A DNA stretch of 64,000 nt from an uncultured Actinomycetota bacterium (GTDB lineage: Bacteria > Actinomycetota > Actinomycetes > Propionibacteriales > Nocardioidaceae), in the NCBI GenBank assembly GCA_963819295.1, contig CAWFVO010000001.1, forward strand, positions 29,080 through 93,079, read 5' to 3'. A program made the position numbers and the translations under genes. The notes beneath the pieces are model-generated. The model did no database searches, had not been told where the DNA came from, and saw only the letters and a program-made list of their open reading frames with translations. Below, one piece after another: positions 21,066 through 30,320 of this stretch (position 1 is the stretch's first letter; the number at the start of each line of letters is the position of its first letter).

Positions 21066-21857
21066 TCAGGCCGGGACGAAGAGCCCTTGCAGCCAGGCCT
21101 GCCAGGCCGGCTCCTCGCGCCGCACGTAGTCCGCCGCGTCGGCGGAGAACAGATACGCCCGCACGCCCGCCGTCGCCCTGCCGCCGCCCTCGTCGTACGC
21201 GAAGACGCTGAGCATCCCGGGCACCGGTGTGGTGAGTCGGACCAGCGTCTGCCGTTCGCCGACGCGTTCAACGATGCCGGTGACGCCGCGCACCTCGACC
21301 ATCGCGCCCTCGTCGCCGAGTCCGAGCGCCTCGTGCAGGGTCAACCGGACCGCCTCGGCTTCGCCGGGGTGGGAGGTGGTGACCTCCAGTCGCGTGGCCT
21401 CCTGCCCGGGGAAGTGCGCCAGGTAGACGCGCAGGTTGTCGAAGGACGGCATCCAGTTGGCGCCCATGTCGTCCCAGAACTCGGACTCCCACGCGGCTCC
21501 GGTCCCGAAACCACTGGTGGTGACGCGTACGACGCAGGTGCCGCCCGACTGCGCCTCGACGAGGAACTCCGACGTCAGCGGGCTGAGCGCGTCCGGGTCC
21601 TGACCCATGAGGGCCGCCCAGTCCTCCTCGTAGACGATGCGGCGGGGCGGGTCCCAGCCGGTGACGTGGCCGTCCGAGCCCATCTCGGGGCCCATGCTGA
21701 AGTGCAGCGAGCCGCCCTCGCGCTCCTCCATCTCGGTGGGCAGGAACCAGGCGCTCATGCCCTGGGCGGTGGCGATGGCGTGCCAGACCTGCTCCGGGGT
21801 GCCCGGAACCTCCACGCTGAACTCCAGGCGGTACGGGACGTTCGGGGTCGTACTCAT
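21066..21857 (-). CDS. SRPBCC-domain protein
   Basis: 'VEVPGTPEQVWHAIATAQGMSAWF', 'VTGWDPPRRIVY'; coupled to the upstream HTH gene. Confidence 0.88.
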   Translation of the reverse strand: MSTTPNVPYRLEFSVEVPGTPEQVWHAIATAQGMSAWFLPTEMEEREGGSLHFSMGPEMGSDGHVTGWDPPRRIVYEEDWAALMGQDPDALSPLTSEFLVEAQSGGTCVVRVTTSGFGTGAAWESEFWDDMGANWMPSFDNLRVYLAHFPGQEATRLEVTTSHPGEAEAVRLTLHEALGLGDEGAMVEVRGVTGIVERVGERQTLVRLTTPVPGMLSVFAYDEGGGRATAGVRAYLFSADAADYVRREEPAWQAWLQGLFVPA

Positions 21858-22435
21858 GCGCTCTCCTCGGGAAGGGGGTGGGCCGCGACGACGAGCCGGT
21901 GCGGGCGTCCGTCGTCGTGGTGGTAGCGAGCGGCCAGGTCGAGCACCGCGGCGGTCAGGTCGTCGGCGAAGGCAGCCCGGTCGGCTGCCGACCGGAAGCC
22001 GATCTGCGTGTCGATCGTCAGGGTCGGGAGGCGCTTGCCGGACGCACCGGCCCGGCGTGCCAGGTCTCCGACCTCGCGCACCAGCCGGCCGGCCAGCGCG
22101 ACGAGGTAGCCCGCCGACAGGTGGTCGGAGTTGGCGTCCGGGTCGGCGGCGGACGCGCTGACGGCCGCCGGGGACACGACGTACGACGCCGCCGACGCCT
22201 GCAGCACCCGCTCGGTGATGCCCCCGTGTCGCCGCTCCTCGGACAGCTCCACCAGGCCGTGCGCCTCGAGCGCCTTGAGGTGGTAGTTGACCTTCTGGCG
22301 CGCGACGCCGACCCGGGCGGCGAGCCCGGCCGCGGAGGCCGGGACCGCCAGCTCGCTGAGCAGCCGGGCGCGGATCGGATCCAGCGCGGCGGCGGCTGCA
22401 GTCGCGCTCTCGATGACCTCGACGTCGTGCACCAC
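21854..22435 (-). CDS. ArsR-like winged-helix transcriptional regulator
   Basis: 'LDPIRARLLSELAVPASAAGLAARVGVARQKVNYHLKALEAHGLV'. Confidence 0.9.
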   Translation of the reverse strand: MVHDVEVIESATAAAAALDPIRARLLSELAVPASAAGLAARVGVARQKVNYHLKALEAHGLVELSEERRHGGITERVLQASAASYVVSPAAVSASAADPDANSDHLSAGYLVALAGRLVREVGDLARRAGASGKRLPTLTIDTQIGFRSAADRAAFADDLTAAVLDLAARYHHDDGRPHRLVVAAHPLPEESA

Positions 22436-22447
22436 GCCACCGTGCCA

Positions 22448-22467
22448 TTGACAACAATTCTTGTCAA
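22448..22467. promoter_or_regulatory. Palindromic operator upstream of the HTH gene
   Basis: TTGACAA-caattc-TTGTCAA perfect 7-bp inverted repeat 12 nt before the GTG start. Confidence 0.75.
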
Positions 22468-22563
22468 GGGGCTCTGTCGTCTGCCCACGGCGAGGACGTA
22501 CGACGTGCTGCAGGGGTGACTTACCGGACGCCGAACGTCCGCAACCCGGGGTACGTTGCCGGC

Positions 22564-23151
22564 ATGTCCGACCTCACGATCAAGTCGCTCACGCCGGAGA
22601 CGTTCGACGACTTCGCCGCTCTCGTCGAGCGGAACAAGGGCATGTTCGCCAGCTGCTGGTGCACGCATTTCCATCCCGACTGCGCGGAGAAGGGCCAGAG
22701 CGCGGAGGGGAACCGGGCGCTCAAGCAACGTCTCGTGGCCGACGGGATAGCGCACGCGGCGCTGGTCTACGACGGCGACCGGGCCGTCGCCTGGGCGGAG
22801 TACGGGACACCCGAGGAGCTCCCCGGCATCCATCACCGCAAGGAGTACGTCGCCACGGCCGAGCGACTGCCCGACTACCGGGTCACGTGCATCCTGGTCG
22901 AGCGCGGCCTGCGCGGTCAGGGCCTGGCGGCGATCGCCCTGCGCGGAGCCGTCGAGCTGATCGCTCAGGCCGGCGGCGGCCTGGTCGAGGGCTACCCGCA
23001 CGACACCGGCGGGGTCCGGAAGAAGAACTCGTCGTTCCTCTACAACGGCACCCGCACGATGTACGAGCGCGAGGGCTTCACCTACGACCGACCCAAGGGC
23101 CAGGGCAACTGCGTGATGGTGCGCGAGGTGGGCCCGAGCACGCGGGACTGA
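22564..23151 (+). CDS. GNAT-family N-acetyltransferase
   Basis: 'CWC' N-terminal motif, 'LRGQGLA' CoA-binding motif, 'VEGYP', 'MYEREGF'. Confidence 0.9.
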   Translation: MSDLTIKSLTPETFDDFAALVERNKGMFASCWCTHFHPDCAEKGQSAEGNRALKQRLVADGIAHAALVYDGDRAVAWAEYGTPEELPGIHHRKEYVATAERLPDYRVTCILVERGLRGQGLAAIALRGAVELIAQAGGGLVEGYPHDTGGVRKKNSSFLYNGTRTMYEREGFTYDRPKGQGNCVMVREVGPSTRD

Positions 23152-23214
23152 ACAGGTCCAGCGCGCCACGGGCAAGCTCGGCCGCAGCCGCCAGCTCCTC
23201 GAGCCGGTCAGAAG

Positions 23215-24048
23215 CTACCGGTTCGACCCGCCATCGTCCTCGACCGCGGCGGCGATCGGCTCGAGTCCCGCGATCAGCTCGTCGAGCTCGTCAGCGCTGA
23301 GCACGTCGTACGCCGGGGCCGCAAGCTCGTCGGTGAGGGCCTCGATCCGCTCCCGGAGCTCCCGGCCGGCGTCGGTGAACCCGCCCGCGGTGTCCACGAG
23401 GCCGCGGCCGCGCAGCCCGTCGACGACGGCGGTCAGCTGTGCCTGGGGCAGGTGGTGGATCCGGCCGAACTCCTCCGCCCTCATCCCCAAGGAGAGAGCC
23501 ATGAGGACGTGGGCCTCGCTGCCACCGATGCCGTGGGCGACGAGGACGGCGTTGTGGCCGTCCCCGCGGTGCTCACGCAGCAGCGTCGCCGCGTGCCAGA
23601 GCCTGGCCACCGGTTCCTGGGGCACGTCGAGCGCCCGGAGTCCGGCGTACAGCACCCGGCCCTCGGTCGGTGCGCTGACCGCTGCTCGGGTGGCGAGGTC
23701 GGCAACCCGCACCAGACCGGGGGAGTCGGCGAGCTCCCCGATCTCCTGCCGCAGCGCGGCGGCGCTGCCCCGCTCGCGCACGGCGATCGCCTCCTCCGGG
23801 GTGGTCTTCCCCCAGACCCACGGAATATGGCGCGCCACCTCGCCGTCGGCGAAGTTGTAGAAGACCGCGTGCACGACCTCAGCCGGTGCGAGTCCGAGCG
23901 GCGCGGCTCGGCCCGCGAAGTAGCCGTCCCAGTAGGTGCGCATGCCGAGGGCCAGGAACGCCTCGTTCGGCACCTCGGAGAAGGTGACGGTGGCGATCGG
24001 CTCGACGAGCTCGAACACGCGGCGGACCTGGGGCTGGCGGTGCGGCAT
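23215..24048 (-). CDS. SCO6745/SalK-like protein with C-terminal MarR-like winged helix
   Basis: 'GYFAGRAAPLG', 'LWHAATLLREHRGDGH', 'ERIEALTDELA'. Confidence 0.85.
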   Translation of the reverse strand: MPHRQPQVRRVFELVEPIATVTFSEVPNEAFLALGMRTYWDGYFAGRAAPLGLAPAEVVHAVFYNFADGEVARHIPWVWGKTTPEEAIAVRERGSAAALRQEIGELADSPGLVRVADLATRAAVSAPTEGRVLYAGLRALDVPQEPVARLWHAATLLREHRGDGHNAVLVAHGIGGSEAHVLMALSLGMRAEEFGRIHHLPQAQLTAVVDGLRGRGLVDTAGGFTDAGRELRERIEALTDELAAPAYDVLSADELDELIAGLEPIAAAVEDDGGSNR

Positions 24049-24178
24049 CGGTCGGCATCTCCTGTTGGTCGTGACGGCCCCCTCGTCGGAGGCCTCTCAC
24101 GCTACCTACGAACCACGTGGCCCGAGTTCGACAGCTTGGCGCACCGTGTTCATCGGGGCGGGTTCGCGAACCCGGGGC

Positions 24179-25144
24179 TCAGGTGGCGGCCGGAGACACC
24201 TGGTGCAACCAGTTGATGAGGATCTCGTTCACGGGCGCCGGGCGTTCTTCCTGCACCCAGTGTCCGCAGCCGGCCAGAATGTGGCTGCTGACCAGTCCGG
24301 GCATGGTCGACGAGAATCCATCGATCACGTTCTGGATCCACCCGGCAGACGCATCGAGGGCGCCGCCGACAAAGAGGGATGGCTGCGTGATGGCCGCACC
24401 GTCGTATGCGGCAAGGTCCTCCCAATCCCGGTCGACGTTGCGATACCGGTTCAGCGCTCCGACGAAACCGGTCCGTTCGAACTCCTCGACGTACACGTCC
24501 AAGTCGCTCTCGCTGAGCCACGCCGGCAGCTCGCCGGAGACGAACCGGTCCCGCATCCGGGCTCCCGGTGGAATGTAGAAGACGTGGCTGGCACCTTCGG
24601 ATGGCCTGGTGTCTCCCGACAGGCTCGCGTAACAGCCCCGCAGCCACCCCCGGACATCGGGCTCGATCTCTGCTTCGGCGCGGCCGGGCTGCTGGAAGTA
24701 GCTGATGTAGAACTCGGCGTCTCCGCCCGCGTGCGCGAAGACCTCGCTCGGGCGGGGTCCGCTGCGAGGTGTGTAGGGAGCGCTCAGCGTGGCCACCGCG
24801 ATGAACGTGTCTGGTCGAAGAAGCGCTGCGTTGGCCGCGATCAGTGACCCCCAATCATGTCCGACGACCGCGGCGGTCGTGGCACCCAGCGCATGGACCA
24901 GGCCGACGGCGTCAGCGACCAGCTCCACCATCCGGTACGCCTCGACGTTCGCGGGCTTCGACGACCGGCCGTATCCACGTACGTCGAAGGCGACCGCGCG
25001 GTACCCCGCGCTTGCCAGCGCAGGCAGCTGATGACGCCATGCGTACGACGTCTCCGGGAACCCGTGGATCAGCAGCACCAAGGGGCCGTCGCCCTGTTCC
25101 ACCACGTGCAGTCGGACATCCCCGAGTACCACGCCGTGTCTCAT
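24179..25144 (-). CDS. Epoxide hydrolase (alpha/beta fold, EphA/EphB-like)
   Basis: HGFPE, 'RGYGRS', nucleophile GHDWG, Tyr residues in 'FYISYFQ' and 'LNRYRN', 'CGHWVQEERP'. Confidence 0.9.
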   Translation of the reverse strand: MRHGVVLGDVRLHVVEQGDGPLVLLIHGFPETSYAWRHQLPALASAGYRAVAFDVRGYGRSSKPANVEAYRMVELVADAVGLVHALGATTAAVVGHDWGSLIAANAALLRPDTFIAVATLSAPYTPRSGPRPSEVFAHAGGDAEFYISYFQQPGRAEAEIEPDVRGWLRGCYASLSGDTRPSEGASHVFYIPPGARMRDRFVSGELPAWLSESDLDVYVEEFERTGFVGALNRYRNVDRDWEDLAAYDGAAITQPSLFVGGALDASAGWIQNVIDGFSSTMPGLVSSHILAGCGHWVQEERPAPVNEILINWLHQVSPAAT

Positions 25145-25393
25145 GACGACTTCTCCCTGCTGGTTCGACACCTGTCCGTGTAGATGGTCCCGGTTGACCT
25201 GATCGGCGCGCCAGCCAGCGGCGCGGTCAGCCCGCGGAAGGTCACCAGCCCACCGGGCAGGCTGAGCCGACGTCCTTCCGGCGACGACCGGTCGCGCAGC
25301 GAGAAGGAGGGCGCGGCCGCTCGCCGAGGGCCATGGCATGGCGTTCTTCGAGGCAGGAGACCGCTGGGCGGTCGACATGCTAAGCAGGTGGCC

Positions 25394-26302
25394 GTGTTCC
25401 AGTCGTTCACCCAGCGTGACATCGATGTCGACGGCGTGCGGATCCATGCCAGGGTCGGCGGTGCAGGTCCTCCGGTCCTGCTCCTGCACGGCTATCCGCA
25501 GACTCACGTGATGTGGCACCGAGTCGCACCCGGGCTGGCCGATCGGCACACCGTCGTACTGGCTGATCTGCGCGGGTATGGCGACTCTGCCCGGCCCGCG
25601 TCGAACACCGAACACGCCGCGTACTCCAAACGCGCCATGGGAGACGACCAGCTCGGCCTCATGCGAGGGCTCGGCTTCGACCGCTTCGCGGTCGTCGGCC
25701 ATGACCGCGGTGCCCGGGTCGCCCACCGTATGTGCCTGGATCACCCGGAGGCGGTCTCCCGGGTCGCCTTCCTCGACATCGTGCCCACCAGGCACGTGTT
25801 CACGCATGTCGACCGCGAGCTTGCGCAGGCCTACTACCACTGGTTCTTCCTCTCCCAGGAGGCCGACCTGCCCGAGCGCCTGATCGGGAGCGATCCCGCC
25901 TACTTCCTCCTCCGGAAGCTGGCCCAGTGGTCGGGTGAGGGAGGGCTCGAGGCCTTCGCGCCCGAGGCGCTCGCGGAGTATGTCCGCTGCTTCAGCGACC
26001 CCGAGGTCATACGCGCCAGCTGCGAGGACTACCGCGCGGCCGCCTCGATCGACCTCGAGCACGACGAGGTGGACTCCAGGCTCGACCGGCGCGTGGAGTG
26101 CCCCGTCCTGGTGCTGTGGGGAGCAGAGGGCTTCGTCGGCCTGCACTACGACGTCGTGGGCGTGTGGCAGGGGTATGCCGCCGATGTGAGCGGCCAGCGG
26201 GTCGGCGGCGGCCACTTCCCCGCCGAGGAGGACCCCGGCGCCACTCTCTCCGCACTCCGGGACTTCCTGAGCGACCTCGATCTGGCCGATCTTCGGAAGT
26301 GA
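25394..26302 (+). CDS. Haloacetate (fluoroacetate) dehalogenase-like alpha/beta hydrolase
   Basis: HGYPQ, GHDRGARVAHR, 'YYHWFF', 'CEDYRAAA', 'GHFPAEE'. Confidence 0.88.
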   Translation: MFQSFTQRDIDVDGVRIHARVGGAGPPVLLLHGYPQTHVMWHRVAPGLADRHTVVLADLRGYGDSARPASNTEHAAYSKRAMGDDQLGLMRGLGFDRFAVVGHDRGARVAHRMCLDHPEAVSRVAFLDIVPTRHVFTHVDRELAQAYYHWFFLSQEADLPERLIGSDPAYFLLRKLAQWSGEGGLEAFAPEALAEYVRCFSDPEVIRASCEDYRAAASIDLEHDEVDSRLDRRVECPVLVLWGAEGFVGLHYDVVGVWQGYAADVSGQRVGGGHFPAEEDPGATLSALRDFLSDLDLADLRK

Positions 26303-26426
26303 CCCTTCGCCACAGGGGCTCCACGGCTGATGACGGGGTCTTCATCCGGCCTCTGAACCAGTCGCGGCGCCGCGCCGTGTCACGTATGGGCCCAATTTCG
26401 GGTCACATCACTCGACGGGAGTAGTC

Positions 26427-27638
26427 ATGTACCTTTCCCGCACTACCCGGCGAGGCGTCTTGCGCCTCGCGACTCTCGCCTCCGCCAGCGCCGTCGTGGT
26501 CGCCACGGCAGGCACCGGCCTGGCCAACGGGGGCGAAGCCCACGGCCACGCCGATCATCTGCGGGGCGACGATCTCGCCGTCAGCCAGGTCAATCTCATC
26601 TCCGACCTGTCCACAGTCGGAGCGTCCCTGGTCGATCCTGACCTGGTCAACCCGTGGGGGCTCGCGCTCGGTCCCACCACGCCGCTGTGGTCGGCGAACA
26701 ACGGCACCGACACCGCGACCCTGTACACATCGGCGGCCGGGAGCACCACGGCGACCAAGGTGCCGACCGTCCGGGTGACCCTGCCGGGAGGACCGTCGCT
26801 GCCCACGGGGCAGGTCTTCAACCCGACCCCGGGCTTCGTGCTGAGCAACGGTACGACGAGTGCGCCCGCGGCCTTCATCTTCTCCTCCATCACCGGCCAG
26901 ATCCTCGCGTGGAGCCCACGGGTCGACCCGCTCATGGGCGACGCCGAGGTCAAGGTGCCGGCGACCCCGGGGAACGTGTACACCGGGCTGGCACTGGCGA
27001 CTGCCACCGCCGGTCCGCAACTCTACGCAGCGAACTTCGCCCAGGGCCGCATCGACGTCTTCGACTCGACCTTTGCGCCGGTGCCGCTGCAGTCGTGGCA
27101 GTTCACCGACAAGCGGCTGCCGAAGGGCTACGCGCCGTTCGGCGTCCACACCCTGGAAGGCAACGTGTACGTCGCCTACGCCAAGGTGGATCCGGCGACG
27201 GGCCGGAACCTGCCCGGCAAGGGACTCGGCTTCGTCGACGAGTACTCCCCGGACGGAGCGCTCCTGAGCCGGGTCGTCGGACGGCACACCCTGAACTCGC
27301 CGTGGGGACTGGCGTTCGCGCCGGCCAGCTGGGGCACCCTCGCCGGCGAGCTGCTGGTCGGCAACTTCGGTGACGGCCGGGTCAGCGTGGTGGACCCGAC
27401 GCGCCACGAGCGTCACGACGACCTGAACCAGGGCCGGGCCGATGGCCACCATGGCCGCTTCGACGGCAAGGTCGTCGGCCTGCTCCGCAACGCCGACACC
27501 GGCGAGAAGCTGGACATCCCCGGCCTCTGGGCGCTCCTCCCCGGCACGGCAACCACGGGCGGAACCGACTCCATCTGGTTCAGCGCCGGCATCGACAACG
27601 AGACGCACGGTCTGATCGGCGTTCTCCGCAAGCCCTAG
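26427..27638 (+). CDS. TIGR03118-family secreted protein with Tat signal
   Basis: 'DPDLVNPWGL', 'PTGQVFN', 'YTGLA', 'LNSPWGL', 'LLVGNFGDG', 'FSAGIDNETHGLIG'; N-terminal TRRGVL. Confidence 0.9.
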   Translation: MYLSRTTRRGVLRLATLASASAVVVATAGTGLANGGEAHGHADHLRGDDLAVSQVNLISDLSTVGASLVDPDLVNPWGLALGPTTPLWSANNGTDTATLYTSAAGSTTATKVPTVRVTLPGGPSLPTGQVFNPTPGFVLSNGTTSAPAAFIFSSITGQILAWSPRVDPLMGDAEVKVPATPGNVYTGLALATATAGPQLYAANFAQGRIDVFDSTFAPVPLQSWQFTDKRLPKGYAPFGVHTLEGNVYVAYAKVDPATGRNLPGKGLGFVDEYSPDGALLSRVVGRHTLNSPWGLAFAPASWGTLAGELLVGNFGDGRVSVVDPTRHERHDDLNQGRADGHHGRFDGKVVGLLRNADTGEKLDIPGLWALLPGTATTGGTDSIWFSAGIDNETHGLIGVLRKP

Positions 27639-27660
27639 TCCGCCGGTTCGCTCTGGTCAC

Positions 27661-27700
27661 CCCCGCGTCGACCCGCACTGCGTGCCGGGTCGACGCGGGG
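27661..27700 (+). terminator. GC-rich hairpin after the TIGR03118 gene
   Basis: CCCCGCGTCGACCCG...CGGGTCGACGCGGGG inverted repeat. Confidence 0.8.
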
Positions 27701-27906
27701 TCTGTCGTCGTGACCCGCCCGACGCATCACTCTCCGTCGCCGTGAAGGTGGCCTCGCCCGGCTGAATGGGTGAGCCTTCCACTTGCTGTCCGGGGGGCTG
27801 ATGGACCCGATTGTCTCCTCGTAGTTGGCGCGGAGGCGGTTCGGCTGGGTCTGCACGCGAGCGCGGCGGGGCTTGAGCCTGACCGCTGGGAAGGCACAGT
27901 GGGGCT

Positions 27907-28959
27907 GTGCGCGTCGATCGAGGAGCCAGGCTTCGGTTCCGGTGGCGTGCCTCCTGGCCCCCGGCTGCCGCGGTGGTGGCGGTGGTGGGCGGGCTCGGAC
28001 TCATGTCCTGGCTGGTCGTGGCGTCGCATGACTCGTCCTCGGCCACACCCGTCTCGGTGATCACCGCATCGACGTCGACGGCAGCCACGCCGTCGGTCGC
28101 GGCCGGGGCCTCCGGCCTCCTCGGACCCGTGCTCCGGGCGAAGTCGGCCAACGGACGCGCCGGGTGCCAGCACCGACCGGCGCCGGTCCTTCGGATCCTC
28201 CAGTTCAACATCCGGGCCGCGAGGAGCGTCGGCGGTTACGTCGACCTCGCCCAGATCGCGGCCGAGATCGAGGCGGTCCGGCCCGACCTGGTCAGCCTCA
28301 ACGAGGTCGACAGCGACACCTCGCGCACCCGCGTCGACGAGCCGGCCTACCTCGCCGCAGCCACCGGGCTGCATGTGGTGTACGGGCCCAACTTGATCTA
28401 CGACGGCGGTCCCTTCGGGAACGCCATCCTGACCCGTTACCCGGTGGTCGACAGCGACAACCTTCGACTGCCCGGAACGCCCGGTCTGGAGCCGCGGGGA
28501 CTGCTGAGGGTGGTCGTGAGCGTCGGCGCACGGAGAGTCGCCTTCACCTCCACGCACCTCAGTGATGGAGAGGACGGCCGCCAGAGCCGGCTCCTGCAGG
28601 CGCTGGCGGTGGCCCGCGCACTGCGCTCGATGACCGGACCGACGGTCTTGGCCGGAGACCTGAACTCGGTTCCCGCCGATGTTCCCGCACGGATCCTTCG
28701 ACGCGACCTCCTCGACGCCCAAGCCGAAGGGGGCACCGGGTCGGGCGACACCTATCCCCAGACGAACCCCAGCAGCCGGTTCGACTACATCCTCTACGAC
28801 CGACGGCTCGCTGTGGTGCCCGACAGCACCCAGGTCCGGGCCTCGCGCTCCAGCGACCATCGCTCGGTGTTCACCGAGCTGACACTGCTCACCCGCCACG
28901 GGTGCCGATCAACCGCCCGGGCCGATCCCCGCAGCTTTGCGGGCACGCGCCCTCACTGA
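27907..28959 (+). CDS. Membrane-anchored endonuclease/exonuclease/phosphatase (EEP) family protein
   Basis: 'QFNI', 'LNEVD', 'GNAILTRYP', 'STHL', 'GDLN', 'FDYI', 'SDHR'; N-terminal TM. Confidence 0.9.
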   Translation: MRVDRGARLRFRWRASWPPAAAVVAVVGGLGLMSWLVVASHDSSSATPVSVITASTSTAATPSVAAGASGLLGPVLRAKSANGRAGCQHRPAPVLRILQFNIRAARSVGGYVDLAQIAAEIEAVRPDLVSLNEVDSDTSRTRVDEPAYLAAATGLHVVYGPNLIYDGGPFGNAILTRYPVVDSDNLRLPGTPGLEPRGLLRVVVSVGARRVAFTSTHLSDGEDGRQSRLLQALAVARALRSMTGPTVLAGDLNSVPADVPARILRRDLLDAQAEGGTGSGDTYPQTNPSSRFDYILYDRRLAVVPDSTQVRASRSSDHRSVFTELTLLTRHGCRSTARADPRSFAGTRPH

Positions 28960-29162
28960 TATCCGGACCAGCGTCCGAACAGTCGGATCGCTATCACGTT
29001 GTCGTATGGCAGTGGGTTGGTTCGTCGTACTGGTGAGAGCCCCGCCCACCAGGGCGCCGCATGACCTCGAGGAGATGACACGGGACGCAGCATCCAGTGC
29101 CTGTGGACGCTGCTAGCGCGGCTGATCATCGGTGCGCACTACCGATTCGCATGTGATGTGGG

Positions 29163-29191
29163 TAGACGCAGAGAGGAAAGTTCGGTATGTT
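29163..29191 (+). promoter_or_regulatory. Sigma-A-type promoter
   Basis: TAGACG-N17-TATGTT followed by an AT-rich leader. Confidence 0.55.
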
Positions 29192-29397
29192 CTTGCGTTT
29201 GTCCGCAACAATTGAATTACCGAAAAGAAAGGTCCAATAGACACGATATCACGACACCAGTCCGATCGCAATTCACCCACATTTCCGCGGCTATCCGGAG
29301 AGCCTTTCGAGCTGTCCCCGACCGCACCCGCCGACAAGCTCCGACGTCGCCGGCACCACCACTCGCACCATCAAGAGAACCCACCTCAGGAGCGCCC

Positions 29398-29529
29398 TTG
29401 ACGCAGATGCCCCACCGCGTTGCCCGTGAACTGATCGCCAGCCGAGTCGCCGACGCCGAGCAGCGGCGCCTCGGAAGAAATGCGGCCCGCACACGCCGGC
29501 GCCGCATCGCCAACCCCCGCACCGACTAG
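29398..29529 (+). CDS. Small basic helical protein, 43 aa
   Basis: AGGAG RBS then TTG (alternative ATG at 29407); MTQMPHRVARELIASRVADAEQRRLGRNAARTRRRRIANPRTD; hairpin directly after. Confidence 0.6.
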   Translation: MTQMPHRVARELIASRVADAEQRRLGRNAARTRRRRIANPRTD

Positions 29530-29536
29530 ACAACAC

Positions 29537-29574
29537 AACGGCGCAGCCCTCATCGCGGTGAGGGCTGCGCCGTT
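29537..29574 (+). terminator. Hairpin after the small ORF
   Basis: AACGGCGCAGCCCTCA-tcgcgg-TGAGGGCTGCGCCGTT, 16-bp stem. Confidence 0.8.
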
Positions 29575-29604
29575 CCGCGTCGCACAAGCAGGCCCCTCAC
29601 CCGG

Positions 29605-30090
29605 GTGTCTGGGTTCCAGCCGCAGCGGATGCTGGCGATGGCCCACGTCGCCGGCGCGGACGCGGTCATCGCCTGCTTCGACGCCAAGTACCACTACTGG
29701 TCCTGGCGGCCCTTCCAGGCGATCCCGGCCGCGGACACCGACGGCAACCCCGCCACCGTGGCCGACCCGACCTGGAAGCCCCTCGGGACCACACCGAACC
29801 ACCCCGAGTACCCCTCCGGACACGCCTGCCACAGCACCGCAGTGGTCACCGCCCTGGACGCCTTCTTCGGCACCGACAAGGTCACCCTCCACCTCGACAG
29901 CCGGGCCGCCGGCCTCCCCCCAGCCGCACGCACCCGCACCTACGACCGCCTCCACGACGCGGTCAAGGACGTCGACACCGCACGCGTCCTCGTCGGCTAC
30001 CACTTCCGCAACTCCGACCAGCAAGGCACCACCCTCGGCCGCAAGGTCGGCAACTACATCACCGACCACTACTTCCAACCACTCAGCTAA
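29605..30090 (+). pseudogene. 5'-truncated vanadium-dependent haloperoxidase / PAP2-family gene
   Basis: 'DAKYHYWSWRP', 'HPEYPSGHA', 'ARVLVGYHFR' present, but only the C-terminal ~160 aa and no RBS or N-terminal half. Confidence 0.75.
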
Positions 30091-30320
30091 CGGAACGACA
30101 CGGCGCATACGGGAGACGGCCCCTCAACGGCCGCCTCCCGTCACGTCTTGGGCTCGGTCGTGAGCCCGCCGCACGACCCTGCCGGTCGAGCGGCTGGGAG
30201 CCGGCCGGACGATGTCGCGACAACGATCTCGACCACCGCGCGTCCGGGAGGCCGACGGATCCACACCTCCGTGCCCAGCGGGGTGATCCGCGGCCCTCAG
30301 AGCGGGTGTAGACACGAGCG

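Noticed and set aside
25145-26215. 678-aa minus ORF suggesting a long hydrolase fusion
   Set aside because: The extension is antisense to the dehalogenase; epoxide hydrolase homology starts at 25144.
28960-29160. Riboswitch or tRNA in a stretch of short hairpins
   Set aside because: Hairpins exist but no recognisable riboswitch or cloverleaf consensus; such stems are expected by chance at this GC content. An Rfam scan would settle it.
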